Source: Octopus vulgaris
Taxonomy: Eukaryota
Assembly: GCA_951406725.2 (NCBI GenBank)
Contig: OX597821.1
Span: forward strand, 45,508,001-45,572,000
Direction of reading: 5' to 3'
DNA length: 64,000 bases
Position 1 is the stretch's first letter. Every line of letters begins with the position of its first letter. Positions 38,594 to 53,789 of the stretch are shown here, in pieces. The notes below the pieces were generated by a model that saw only the letters and a program-made list of their open reading frames with translations, searched no databases and was not told the origin of the DNA. Both the position numbers and the translations under genes were made by a program.

Positions 38594-39419
38594 TATATAT
38601 ATATGTATATATATATAAATATATGTATGTATATATATGTATATATATATATATATTTATATATATATGTATATATATATATATATGTATATATGTATAT
38701 TCTTTTATTCTTTTACACGTTTCAGTTATTTGAATGTGACCATGCTGGAGCACCGCTTTAAAGGGTTTTAGTCGAAGAAATCGACCCCAGAACTTGTTCT
38801 TTATAAGCCTAGTACTTATTCTATCGGTCTCTTTTGCCGAACCGCTAAGTTACAGGGACGTAAACACACCACATCGGTTATCAGACGATGGTGGGGCGTG
38901 GGGGACAAATACTGATACAAAAGCAAACACGCATTAATACACACACACATACGACAGGCTTCTTTCAGTTTCCTTCTTGCAAATCTACTCACAAGTTTGG
39001 CTCGAGGCTACACTAGAAGACACTTGCCCAAGATGCCACACAGTGGGACTGAACCCGGAACAATGTAGTTGGGAAGCAAGCTTCTTACTTGTGTACATAT
39101 ATAGATATATATATATACTCACATATGTATGTATATATATATGTATGTGGATGTGTATGCGTATTTGTGTATATACCTATACATATGTATATACATATAC
39201 ACACACATTAATATAAACAGCTAGGCGCAATGTTATAAAAGAAATATGTATACACACACACATACATGCAAACATACATACATATATACATATATATATA
39301 CAGACACACACACAGACATATATGTATAATATAATATAAATAATATATATATATCCATATATGCATACGTATATGTACATACACCTATATATACATACAT
39401 ACATACATACATACATACA

Positions 39420-39503
<84 letters not shown>

Positions 39504-42500
39504 TATAAATATATTTGTGAATTTTTTTCTTCCACAATTTTTATAGCGTGATTTCTTTTTGATATTCCTACATTAAGATTTCTGTTTTACCACTTGGGGT
39601 AAAAACTATAGTAAAACGACGATCTGATCTGGTAGTGTAGAGTTGGGGGTTAATAGATTTTATTCTGTAAGATATAACTCTAATTTTAAAAGATTTAATT
39701 AATTTTTTATTGTCTACCTGGATACGATGCGTATCGAGTACAAAATATTTCCTTTAGTTTCCTTTATTTTACAACTCAATAGAAACAAAAACATTTGTGT
39801 AATTATTATAATTATTTCAAACATAAAAGATAATAATTATTTCTTATTTCGGGATAACAAATTTAGGGCGTTACTCAGTTAAAACGACTCCTGTGTATGA
39901 TTGCTACTCTATGTTACCGACCCCGGAGGGATGAACGACCAAATTAACCTCGTAAGAATTCGAACTTAATAAAGAATCGGGCAAATACTGTAAGGCACGC
40001 TGTCTGAATCTCTAACGATTCTGCTAGTCCTTCGCCCTTAATTATTCCTAATATTGGTACAACACCTGAAATTTTCGGGGACAAGATTTAGTCGATCAAG
40101 TGCTCCAGTACTTGACTTGAACGTTATTTTATGGCTCTCTGAGGATTTGAAGCCAAAGTATATTGTCCCGGAACAAATACCGCAAGGTCGTTTTTTTTTT
40201 TCGAAGCTCTGACGATTCTGTCAAGTAATAATAAAAATAAAATGATGATGATGCCTGTAGAGTTTATGTTTATCTCGAACCAGTAGTGGCCCTCGGTAGC
40301 ACTGCCAAATCAGAGATTTCCTGCAGTTTTCTATGGTGCTCCCTGGCTTAAAGTCCTCGGAAACAGACCAGCTGGTTCATTCTCGTAGGCACCTTGAGCT
40401 TACCTGAGAATCTCATCGCTCTTACCTACGACTAGATCTCTATATATTGCTAACGAAGAAATTCCACAGAGTACTAAAAACACAACAAAAATAAACAATA
40501 TTTTTTTTTTTGCGACAATGACGGCAGATGAAGAGACATTAGAAAGACAGAGTACAAAATACTGCGCATGTCTATCACAAAATTAATTATAGAAAACACA
40601 AGTATGGCCTGAACTCCATGTCCCCCTACATGGCCTTGCTTTTTGCTTTTTGAATCAAAAAATTAACTAACTAACTATATGTGAAATGAGACGTCCCCAA
40701 AAGGATGACAAAAAACTAGGGACGATTAACAAATCTCAAAATTATCTATGAAGGGTAAGTGCTAACTCATAGCAGTGTTTTTCGACTGATGAGAGTAGAC
40801 CCATTCTTGAGGACCATTCTCAACACTTTCACCTATCCTCCTCCTCCTCCTCCTCCTCCTCCTCCTCACCACTGGACCACTTTGTGTCCCAAGATTGCCT
40901 CTATGCAATAAAGACTTTTTTTTTTTTTAGTTCAGTGCTCATTTTTCTCCTGTACATAACTCTTAATTAAGATCTCTTAATTACAATAGTGGCCAGAGCA
41001 GAATTTCTTTCACAAAACGCACAGGGCCGGAAATGATACCACTAGGCCGACGTTTTACCACTTCACCAATTTATCGACTGGTGTTTAATTTATCTATCCT
41101 GAAAGGAAGAAAGGCAAGCGAATTAACCGAAGAGGAACAACTTTCTTTCTACGAGGAATTTAGAGAAGCTGTTGAGGGTTGGGTCGAAGAATGAAGTTGT
41201 CTCTCTTCAGTTACATCAATCTTGTCCACAATGCAATAACTTCCTCTATAACTACGAGACAGAGGAAAAGAATTTGCCCTTCAAGCGTAACGAAAGCCGC
41301 GGAGGGATTAGAAACAATCCACCCACTTTAAATTACTATTTTTGTTATTGTTGTCGTCGTCCTTATTATTATTATTTGTATAAACTATATTTTTACATTT
41401 ATACGCGAATCGTCCTTCAATTTTGAAATAAAATTTTATTCAAATTATTGACCTTTAAATAACATATAGTGTGTGTGTGTGTGTGTGTTTTCTTTGTCAA
41501 AAAAGACCTTCACCATAACCACTGACGGGATATCTGACGGTAGCATAAGTTGCTCGTCTTCTCCAGGGGTCTATTTAAGGTAACCAAAATCTGATACAAA
41601 TTTGTCTTCCACTTAAAACAAAAATCCCATTCGGCCATTAGTAGTCTTTGAATTATGCCCAAACAATATTTGATTTCCACAGATATTTATAAAGTATAGT
41701 TATAGGAGGAAACATTCGCTCAAATAAAAATAAGTTGTTTTTTTGTTTTAAAGCAAAATTTAGGTTCTGAAGATTTCCAATCTGAAGTCCCTTACAGTAC
41801 CACTACCTATATTTCGATTACAACAGTCATAGACAATTCTAAATAAAGTGCAAGTAGCTTTTTGCCGTACGTCCAGTTTCTCTTCCTAAACACTGCACCT
41901 TCCTTTCGAAGATCGTTAATTTGTGTAACCTGTTTCTGCAAATTATTGTTCTATCGACATCGATCAATACCTTTCGATCTATGACTCAAAGCGTTCTGAA
42001 ATGGCACTGTCGTAACTTCTCTGCCCGGAGTTCAACTCTACCTGGTTCCCACTTTGATTTTCATTCGTCACAGAATCTATAATAAACCCTATATCTAAGC
42101 CTAAATGCCATTCCTTTGGAAAAGTGATAGTATGTCCAGCCGAAAGTAAACTTTTTCAATATGCTTTAGCGTGTGAAATAAATAGTTTCCGATTTTGGAC
42201 CATTTTGCCAATGGTTTCCTGTCATAGTCAAATATATCGGACAATAACTATTTAGTCATACCTACATTTAAATGATGGTACAGGAGTAAACCAGTAACCT
42301 CCGCTAGCTGAGGTTCTCATGAAGTTCTAATATATTTTTACTGCTACATCAACACCTTAGACTGGATATGATTCAACATGTTTAAGCAGCTCAAGGAAAT
42401 ACTATTTGAATATATCTGTAGATATGAGCAACCGTATTACTGATTTTAACGATATTCTAAACGGATTCTCTTCTCATGTGATGTCGAATATTTTAGCTTT

Positions 42501-42809
42501 GTTTTAAGTTATAAACGGAATAAAATCTGGAATCTCAGTAAATTATCGGTGGCCTGTATCAGCAAAAATTATTCTAGAGAAGAATTTAACAAGTTCAGTT
42601 GTCTTAAGGAGTGAATAATTGAATGTCTCGGATTTTGTCGTTTGAGAGGGCTTAGTGGTCAATTTCTCGTTCTCTGCTTACTTACAAGACTGTGAAGATT
42701 TATTCCTTTGTACTAACTTTGGTATAAATGACCTGTGAAGAAAACAGAAGAATTACTAGCAGTAGAATATTATTGTATTCTATTAAGTTGTATTAGATAA
42801 GCTAGCACC

Positions 42810-42883
<74 letters not shown>

Positions 42884-44702
42884 CTAGTAATTGAGTATTT
42901 GTATAAATATGGTTGGAGGCCCAGTCGCTACATGAGATCGAGACTCTGGCAGCCAAAGAGGATCGTGAGTATCTGACAGGTACCATGTTCAAAATATAAA
43001 AAAAGCAACAAAAACCAAAAACCCTCTTTGCAGGGGAGGTAGGATAGAAGCAGTCTTGCTTTGCCCATAAAATTTCTCACGGACTCCCCGTCTACTAATG
43101 TATGTAGGCCTTGTCTATATGAATATACATAATCTACTTGTGTATGAATGTATGTAATCCCTGTCGAAAGGAGAAATTAAACCTGTTTTAATAATATTTC
43201 AAGGTCGTTAAACCGTCTGGTTTTTTCAAATCTCAAGAGTTTGTCAGAATCGTAATATATTTCTTAGTTACATACAATCACGAAAACTTATAATAATTTA
43301 TCTATCGTTCCAACTAGTTTATGTGATGTCATAAATAAATTGACATTCTCACGTCACTCAAACGAACGGATCCGCTCGAAAGGTTACTTTTCTTCCTTGC
43401 GGCAAATACAATTTATACCATTTTGTGAACTTTTTATGGAACCTACTGCTTCTTTTGTGTATACGTAGCAAAACTTTATAAAACTATCACAGTCAAGTTT
43501 GTCATTTAATTAGGAGTTTTTTTCTTCTTCCCGAAGCATTACAATTTAAGGAACAAAGAAGAGATTTTGAAGGCATTTGTTGGGTCAGTGGCGTGCAATG
43601 GCTACAACTGGAAATCAAAATCATATCCCATTTTTTATTTCCTGAGGCGTACAACATGCGCTGCCACACTCGCCCCTATTGTTTATACAATCATCATGTC
43701 GACATCGAGACAATAAACCTATACTCCATTGGACCAGGCACTCTTACATCACAAACTAAAGATAAATAACATTCCTAATCCATAAATCACAAAGAAATGA
43801 TATCGTAGTATTTACGTTCCTATTATTATATTTAAGTATCAAATGTTCTATTTTCATGCCTTTTCATGATTGAGGATTTTCTTTTCAAAGTTTATCTTGA
43901 TATTAACTTCCGGTGTCTCAATACTAAAAATATTTTTATTGTCAAGATATTAGTTGTTACCCAACCACAAACATCTGTCGAGATATGTCTAACCTGAGAC
44001 ATCGGTCTTGCCAAGTTTTTAGACCAAATTCAATAGGTTCAATATGAAGAATTACTTGCTGTCATTGGTTATTCACGAGAAAATACGTTGCTATTTCAAA
44101 TAAACGGGTTGACTTCAAAACTCCGACTAAAAAATGATATAAGGTTTAAAATATTTAAGGAATAAGATATAAAAATGATATTTAAAAGCTTCATTTGTAG
44201 CAACTATCATGTTTTGGCTTTTGATAGATTTGAATAAAATGATTGGCATGGTTAAAGTACAAGCTGTTTACTTTATTTAGTGAAATAGTTTTTACTGAGG
44301 GACTGCAGCTGACGATGGGAACTGGTAACGGCTGGTGAAATGTTTTCTAAATTAGGATCAATCATCAATGACTGACAACCTGTAGCCTTGTCAATGGATA
44401 TGTTTTCAAACACTTCACTGTGACCAGCTGGTCTAAAGTATTTGAAAATATATTATAATCATTGAGAGGAGTACAAGTTTTGTAAGGTGGGAAATATTTT
44501 TGGGGGAAAATATTTGATGAATATCAACCAGTTTGGAAAAAGAAAAAAAACATGTTGATGAACAACCACCGGTGAGTGTGTATATAGGGTTTTAGTTTTT
44601 AGTTATGAATTTTTCGAAATAAGTTTTCAGATGAAAATTCTTGCAAAGCAAAGGTAGATATTTAATTTTGCTTTACACACATGCACGCACGCACGCACAC
44701 AC

Positions 44703-44759
<57 letters not shown>

Positions 44760-44816
44760 ACACACATTTATATATAGGTGTGTGTATATATATATTAATA
44801 TATATGTATATATAAT

Positions 44817-44884
<68 letters not shown>

Positions 44885-44895
44885 TTGCGTGTTTG

Positions 44896-45490
44896 GGGGT
44901 TTATCCGCACCCTTTGATATAATTAAATCATATAATTATAAATTAGTATGAATTGTTACCTGTAGGGTTTATTTCACGCTGGCCACTTGATAAAATCATT
45001 AAAGTGGTTTTATCCTTAATTTTGTATACAATATATATTTTTTGCTCCTGATCAAATTGCATTCGTTGCGAGATTATTTTGTTAAAAAAAGCACGTAGCT
45101 GAGGTGATAAAAAATTAGATTTTTACTAGTGTATACATGTAAATGTATGTATATAATCGTGTAGCTATGTTGTTCGTATGGGTATGTATAAATATTTGCA
45201 TCTATATACTTTGGTATATCGTACTGAAGACAACAAGGGGTTTTACAACCCAAAACCAGAAATTAACCATCTTTTTTCAAAAAAATGTTATTCATTTTTT
45301 CATCTGCCCGCTTACAACCTGTGCTAACGGAGTATAGATGTGGTTTTTCTAGCCTGTTGGTGGGGTTTATCCGCACCCTTTAATATAATTATATCATATA
45401 GTTATAAATTAGTATAAACTGTTACCTACAAAGTTTTCATTTCATGCTGGCCACTTGATAAAATCATTAAAAGTATCTCTCATTTTGTAC
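44896..45490 (+). mobile_element. Older terminally redundant unit (466-bp period), retrozyme/pLTR-like
   Basis: About 130-bp diverged direct repeat at 44896 and 45362; CTGAAGA at 45224 with decayed downstream core; (TA)n nearby on the left. Confidence 0.5.
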
Positions 45491-45901
45491 GAATTATATA
45501 TATTATACATATTATTTTATTCTTTTACTCTTTTACTTGTTTCAATCATTTGACTGCGGTCATGCTGGTGCACCGCCTTTAGTTGAAGAAATCGACCCCA
45601 TCGATTTCTTTTGCCGAGCCTCTAGGTTACGAGGAGGTAAACACACCAATATCGGTTGTCAAGTGATGGTAGGGGAACACAGACACACAAGCACATACAC
45701 AACACACATGCACACATACACACACACACACATACACACATACACACACACAAATATACAATGGGCTTCTTTCAGTTTCCGGCTACCAAATCCACTCACA
45801 AGGCTTTGGTCGGCCCGAGGCTATAGGAGAAGAACGTGCCCAAGATGCCATGCATTGGGACTGAATCCGGAACCATGTGGTTGGAAAGTATATATATATA
45901 C

Positions 45902-45956
<55 letters not shown>

Positions 45957-45961
45957 TTATG

Positions 45962-45993
<32 letters not shown>

Positions 45994-46018
45994 TGTATGT
46001 ATGTATATATACGTATAC

Positions 46019-46055
<37 letters not shown>

Positions 46056-47391
46056 TCAGATAATATTACGTCTGAATATGTAAGCTTATACTTACATACA
46101 ATTAGTCATGAGGTTGACTTGTTGCCTAAACCCCAATTTGCCAGTAAAAATACTGGAATGTTATAGCTGCCTAATGAAGATTGGCTATAGGTAGTGTTTC
46201 AATCGGGCTGGTTCGTTTATGCTAGAGTAAAGGTGTAAACAGGTAAACAACTGGTGTCAGGTCAGATTATGACTTATATTTATACATTGACATAACTTGA
46301 GAGTAAAACTGAATGTTACAGGAGTTTAGATCACAAGAGGTCAATTAAAAAACAGTTGAGGAATGTTCATAATGTTTGTGATATATGCTGGAATTCCCCC
46401 GGAACAGTTATAAGTAAGTCCATACTACGCGAAACGCGTAGCCGTATTTCATCTGTCGTTACGTTCCGAGTTAAAATTCCGCCGAGGTCGACTTTGCCTT
46501 TCATCCTTTCGGGGTCGATAAATTAAGTACCAGTTACGTACTGGGGTCGATGTAATCGACTTAATCCGTTTGTCTGTCCTTGTTTGTCCCCTCTGTGTTT
46601 AGCTCTTTGTGGGTAGTAAAGAAATACATATTACTGATATTAAACACTAGGTTAAAACAGGTCATCGTTGGTAGAATCTAAAGTTGGATAAGTAGAAGGA
46701 AGCAGATGTGCAGGTAGTCCCTTATAAGTTTTTCAAGAATAGATGTGCAGTTTGTGCAGTTCCTTGCAAGCAGTCCACAAGAAGTCCTACAAGTAGTCTG
46801 CTGGCTGAAGATGGCCAGAAATTTGCATATCATTGTGAATATGCGGAGACAGCTTTCAGCCGATCAGTAAATGTGGACAACGTTTGGAATCTTGTCTCCG
46901 ACCATCATGTCCACGTATCAGTCTTTAAAGTGTGGTTAACAAGTTCATATATTTAGGAATTACGATTTCTGTTGACATCATTTTGGACGTAGAGGTAGAT
47001 CGCCGCCTGCTGCGGTTCCTGTGTGTGAGTGTGTGTTGTTGTAAGGGTTTTGCAACGACGGAGAAAAGTCATTAAACGAAAACTCAATTAAACAAGTAAC
47101 CTGATTGCAACTGTATAAGGGACGACAGCGATTGACAGCAATGGTCAATGTCTTTAAAGAAAAGACATATTTATCGACGAAACGAGAGAAAATACTTGAG
47201 CATGATACATTACACAATATCCGTTAATCTTGTCTAGAATTCAATCTCTAAACTGCCATCAATGATGCTTCATGTGTTTAGTTGTTTATTCCTGGTTTTA
47301 CTTGATCTTCAAACTCGTTCAATTTGATTTAAATACCCAGGACTATATTTACAGCTAGAGACATTGTCATTGGGTTACGAAATACATGGGA

Positions 47392-47512
<121 letters not shown>

Positions 47513-50500
47513 CGCTCAAGGGGGAAAGGTACGATGCGTTGAAACTTTAACTCACCAAATATTTAAAAATCATTGAGGCTTCCACGTCTCATCCAAATTT
47601 ATACCTATTAATTATAAATTTACTAAATATCTATGTTAGTGTAATTATCATACCTACGCAGATAATTGTTACTTGTTAAGGCAAAGGGTCTAAATAATAA
47701 TAGAGCAGGGATGGCCTCATTCTTTTAGAAGCGATTCTTACGACATATTGTTTATCAAAAAACATGCATTACCACTAAAAGAATAATTTACGCATAATAT
47801 ACAATACATAGTACCCTATGTATTACATTAAGACCAAATTAACTGCTTATAGAATACAGAGTAAACTAAATATTGCATTAAGGTATAGCTAAAAGTATAA
47901 GCAGCACAGACTGTAGTATATATTGCAGTTAGCAAATCATAAAAATTTGAGAGAAAGAGAGAGAGAGAGAGAGATAGAGAGAGAGTGTGTGTGTGTATGT
48001 GTGTAATTGAATGAGAGAGAGAGACAGAGGAGGAGGAGGAGAGAGAGAGAGAGAGAGAAACAAACAAAATTGTTGAAATGAATGAAATCAAATCTAGAGA
48101 TAATGTAACAAAATTTTAATTTAATCTTATTATGTTTATATTATTCATGACACCATAAGCCATTTAAAAGTGCTGCTGATTTTCTGCCTCCTTAATAAAG
48201 TAAATAAAGTAAACTCTTTATGTATGATACTTAGACGATGTCTTCAAGAGTACATATACGTAAGCTGCAGAATATTTTCATATTAGAATCATATTTGCTT
48301 AATATTCGGAAAACATGTAAAATAATTATCTTCGCTACAGTCATATTTCTTACTAGGCCGGTGATCCTCTAGCTGACAAAATACCAGCTTCCCCTCAACC
48401 CGAATTTTAGTAAAATGATTTAACACCTACTCTTTGTTAATCAGGTGACAAAACATTTTGTTTCCTTAATACTTCATATTCGCAAACGTGTTTCTCTAGT
48501 TTAAAGAGTTGTAAACTCTTAATTTTGTTAAACATTATAGTTTGTTCAACCCCTTTTCCAGTCGTCACGGTCTCATTAAGAGAAGCACTAAACTAGGTAA
48601 CAATAGTATTTCCAGTTAAGTAGACAAGAGTATTTTGTTGTTAATGGTAGTGTATCAAATCATCATATTACATCATATTTGTTAGGGGAGAGATGGAAAT
48701 GGATGGGTTAATAAAGAAATATACTAGATATTTTGGAGTATATTGAACGGGACCCTAAAAAGATCTTGATCTTTAATGGGATGGGGGCGATAATGTAAGT
48801 ACCATCAATAACTGATAGTTCAATTACTAATATTATATATTTACAAATAGTTGTTGTTGTTGTTTGGCCTCAGGGTCGAACATGGCCGGACAAATCTATG
48901 ATTAAAGGCATTATAGCCATGACTATCCCATCTTTCTTTACGCATAATGTAACTAAGAGTACATTTACGCAATGTGATATTCTTTTTCTTTAAAGGATAG
49001 AAATAATTGGCTGTTATTTCTAGCAAGTCATGCAATCACATAGAGACTCCCTCGTTGGTTCGATTTACAAATAGCAGAATTCATAGGACACTTTGATAAA
49101 TTCAAAAACAGTTCTTTTGGATCTCTTGTCACCAAATTTATGAACAGTGCCGTGTATTTAAACAAAATAAATGCCATCACATTACGTTTATGTATTTGTT
49201 TTGCAAGATTCCTGGCGTGAAATTGTGTATTGAGAGAATGGACTTAACAGGACAGGAGGAGACACATGGGATGGAGAGTCGCTGAAGAAGTCACAAAACG
49301 TTTGACAAAAAATTTCCAGGCAAATAACACTAAAATAAGAATAATAATAAAGCTGAAGTGAAGAACGAGTATGTAGTGCGAGTGGTTATTTGGCGAAAAA
49401 AAAAAGTAAAAAGATCATTGCGAAATCTAATGTCATCACAGTTACCGCTCTAACCACCACTTTAACCAGATAGTGACAGGGTGTATCACGGTAAGATATG
49501 TGAGGGGTTATAAGGTTTAATAAGTGTAAACGCATCCAGGTATATAGTTATTATGTAACCTAAAGTATCAGAAACTAGCTGATAGGGGAAATTTTTAAAA
49601 ATCACGAGATCACATGACACTGTCTCGTGTTTATACAATAATCTTTCATTCTCGTGCAAGAGCATTTAATATTGGCACTGGATACCAGGAAACTATCAGT
49701 CACTTGTAGTTGTGGTTGTTGTCCCAAATAGAAGACCAATGTTGTAATTTGAGTTGGAATGGTAGAATGGCTTCAACTGGAATTGGCTTCAGAGTTAAAA
49801 CCCTCTGGGGAGAATTTGGCCATGAAGTTTGTGCCTCGAGCTAGATTAGTAGTGCAATTTATTTTCGATTTCGAATATGATTGCACTTCGAAATAACTGC
49901 TTCAATGGAACCAACAGTGTCATTTATCATCGGCGTGCCGCCGCCATACCATTCTCTCCCTTACTCTTTCTTTCTTTCTCCCCCCTCTCTCTCATCTTGC
50001 TTTTCTGAACCTAACACAAACTACAGAGAAAATGTCAAGTCCCACTTTAACAATTTCCTGATGGTCTCAATTAGTTTACCAGTTTTCATTCCTGATTATA
50101 GCTGCTTCAAATTCCTTTCGTCGTTAATCTTTCTCTGGTTAAACAGCATGAACATCATACAATCTCACTTTTCTTATTCTGTAACCTGAATGGTTGTTCA
50201 TATGGGAGAAATTAGCTCATTTTAAATGACTCTCATGTACAATAATTTATTGAAATGAACGGAGGCAAAGTATCAGAGATAACATCTCTTAATTAGGAAT
50301 TATCAATTGTCAATTAATTCTGCTCTCCATTCTGTCACATCATAAAAATAAACTAATTCAAATTTCCGCTAATAAAAATTAAACACACTCAATAAACCAA
50401 TAATCAAAATATATCAAGCCACAATTACTAATTAGACTTTGGTTGTTGCTGTAGTTATTGTTCAAGCCCAAATCAACTCTGAGTAAACTTATCATCAAAT

Positions 50501-51276
50501 CTATGGGTCGAGTATAGCTGCGCGATTACGAAGTTAGTTTCACAACGTTCTCGGGTTCGATCTCACTGCGTGGCACCTTAAGTATTATCTGTCACAGGAT
50601 CGTATCGACTAAAATCTTGTAAGCGAAATTTGTTTTAAGGAAACTGTGTGGAAGCCTGTCTGATGGACTATTTCCCGTTGTTGAGTAGTAGATTTAAACT
50701 GCCACCTGGTTTAACACAACACTTTGGACTTTTGGTATCTTTAGCGGGGTCCAATATTTTGTAAACATACGTGTCAAGTCTCTGAAGATAAGTTTCCCAT
50801 TTCCTTTCATCAGTACCAGAGATCTTTAAAAGGTGCATGACCACCGTCGTCTTTCCTTCTCTTACTAAACTAGTAAGCAAAAATCAAAAGTGCATTCCAG
50901 CCGTGGCCAATCTGTATTTTTGTGCGCGAAGGATTACATAGAGTTTAATGAGTGACTTCTATTTTTCTAGACTGTAGGATATGACTGGAAGCAAATTTCG
51001 ACAGTTATACCTGATAGGTCGAAAAGCCGCATAAAATCTGCTTCCACTCAGTGGGATACGTATATATTGAAGCGAGATGAAGCCATCAGCTGGTGTTGAA
51101 GCTGCAATCACAGTAGGTCGCAAAGAGGACAATCAGCTGCTCTGACTCATAGCTTTCATTAAGAATCAAACAACATTCTTAATCCAGTCCTTCCCATCAC
51201 TACAGAGTTTAGTTTCTTTTAATTAATCGCTGATTAACATTGTTACAGTGTATGGTATGTAGGTATGAATATAAGC

Positions 51277-51329
<53 letters not shown>

Positions 51330-51348
51330 GCTTATATTCATACCTACA

Positions 51349-51515
51349 TATCATGGACACGTACACTCATACACGCACACACACGCACACATGTTTATTG
51401 TATGTATACATCTGTGTGTGCGCGCGTGTGTACATACACATACATATATACATACATGCATACATATAAATATATATATATATATACATACATATATACA
51501 TACATACATGCATAC

Positions 51516-51553
<38 letters not shown>

Positions 51554-51668
51554 GTATGCATGTATGTATATATGTATGTGTATGCACACACGCGCGCACA
51601 CACAGATGTATACATACAATAAACATGTGTGCGTGTGTGTGCGTGTATGAGTGTACGCGTCCATGATA
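51349..51668. repeat. Near-perfect palindrome, ~135-bp arms around a TA-rich centre
   Basis: tatcatggacacgtacactcatac... versus ...gtatgagtgtacgcgtccatgata; about 2 mismatches seen. Confidence 0.9.
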
Positions 51669-52163
51669 ATATAATGTGTCTGTTTGTGCGCGCGTGCACA
51701 CACGCACGCACACATACGCGCGCGCGCACACACGCACGCATACACACACACACACACACACGCACACACACGCACGCGCGTTTTCCCACGCTCTAACACC
51801 GTATATATATATTTTAATTTTTTCAGCCGTTTAACTTAAAACGTATTTGTATGAATGTATGTTTGAATGTATATATGTATGTATTGTATGTATCTATCTG
51901 TCTATCTATACACACGCATACATACACACACACACATACATATGCATATATACATGTATATATGTACATGTGAGTATATGTATATGTGTGTGTGTGCGCG
52001 CGTATAGGTATGTGCACATGTATGTATATATTTATTTGCGTGTATGCATGTATGTATATATAATACTTTTTAATACATTTTTCGCTGTATTACCTGATCA
52101 TTTCTTTTTTGCATCTGTCATTTTATTTTTTGTCTTCTAAATGAAGATGTATCCTTTGATTTG

Positions 52164-52548
52164 TGAAGGCGCAATGGCCCAGTGGTTAGGGCAGCGGACT
52201 CGCGGTCATAGGATCGCGGTTTCGATTCCCAGACCGGGCGTTGTGAGTGTTTATTGAGCGAAAACACCTAAAAGCTCCACGAGGCTCCAGCAGGGGATGG
52301 TGGTGATCCCTGCTGTACTCTTTCACCACAACTTTCTCTCACTCTTACTTCCTGTTTCTGTTGTACCTGTATTTCAAAGGGCCGGCCCTGTCACTCTCTG
52401 TGTCACGCTGAATATCCCCGAGAACTACGTTAAGGGTACACGTGTCTGTGGAGTACTCAGCCACTTACACGTTAATTTCACGAGCAGGCTGTTCCGTTGA
52501 TTCGGATCAACCGGAACCCTCGTCGTCGTAACCGACGGAGTGCTTCCA
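52164..52548 (+). mobile_element. tRNA-derived SINE with 13-bp TSD
   Basis: A box tggcccagtgg, B box gtttcgattcc; TSD atcctttgatttg at 52151 and 52549. Confidence 0.9.
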
Positions 52549-52659
52549 ATCCTTTGATTTGCTGCTTTTCTTTACACGAAATTAGAAGATACATTGCAGA
52601 ACTGTTATTTTAATGAGTTATATCAATTTATAATCCAAAGAGACACATTTGCACCATTG

Positions 52660-52960
52660 TTGTCTGTTCCTTCTCGAGCCATGCCTGGCTCATAAGGACC
52701 GGTTTCCCGGTTTCCGTGGCGTATAGGTTCCCTACCTAGACGGGATGCCGGTCCGTCGCAGGTGAGCTGCAAGATGCAGGAGGAAAGAGTAAAAGAAAGT
52801 TGTTTCGAAGGAGTCAGCAGAGGTTCGCCATTACCTTCTGCTGGAGCCGCGTGGAGCTTAGGTGTTTCGCTCGTAAACATACACAACGCCCGGTCTGAGA
52901 TTCGAACTCGCGATCCCTCGACTGCAAGTCCACTACTCTAACCACTAGGCCATGTGCCTC
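52660..52960 (-). mobile_element. tRNA-derived SINE with 16-bp TSD
   Basis: Head tggcctagtgg / gagttcgaatctc on the minus strand; TSD cacatttgcaccattg at 52644 and 52961. Confidence 0.9.
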
Positions 52961-53245
52961 CACATTTGCACCATTGGATGCTCCTGAACCAGTTATTAAG
53001 TAGTCCGCCCGCGAGGGATCGATGCTAGATGTATTGAAACAATTGTGGTAGTTAATAAAAATTCTCGTATCCATGGGTGCTTGGATAAGACCCAAAAGAC
53101 CCAACACTCAGACAAATACGGGAGTACGTCCTTATAAATGAAACTTCCCCAATACTAAATAGGAAACATACATAGTAAATATATCCCCCTACCCACAGTT
53201 TACACAGGTAGAGAGGAATAGTTAGTTGGCTGTTATGTAAATAGA

Positions 53246-53301
<56 letters not shown>

Positions 53302-53740
53302 GGTATGTGTGTGTGTATATGCACATGTATGTAAGCATATGGATATGAAAATAAACAGATCAACATACAGACGGATAGGTACATAGGTTATATGAACAGA
53401 CAAGCACACATATGCAAATGGAGACTGAAACACATGACCATATATACACACACACACACACTTTACTTCACACAAGGACACATATGGAGACACGTGTCCA
53501 CACATATGGAGATGCACCTCTATACATACAAACACGGTACATGGTTGTAAAACACACACACGCACACACTCAGACATGCACACACAAGGAGACAGAGGTG
53601 CATACATATACAAACACACGCATACACACACACACACACACACACATATACATACAGATGCACACCCATACATACATATATACATATGCATACACACATA
53701 TATACATACACACACATGCATAATACATACATGCATGCAT

Positions 53741-53781
<41 letters not shown>

Positions 53782-53789
53782 ACCCACAC

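Noticed and set aside
40786-40815. CTGATGA hammerhead candidate
   Set aside because: No properly placed GAAA/UH or stems.
46690-46960. Possible Tc1/maT transposase remnant on the minus strand (NFWPSS.., DFLW)
   Set aside because: Too decayed and no TIRs found, so it cannot be supported.
52164-52240. tRNA genes (also 52885-52960, 61355-61425)
   Set aside because: They are SINE heads, continuous with SINE bodies and bounded by TSDs.
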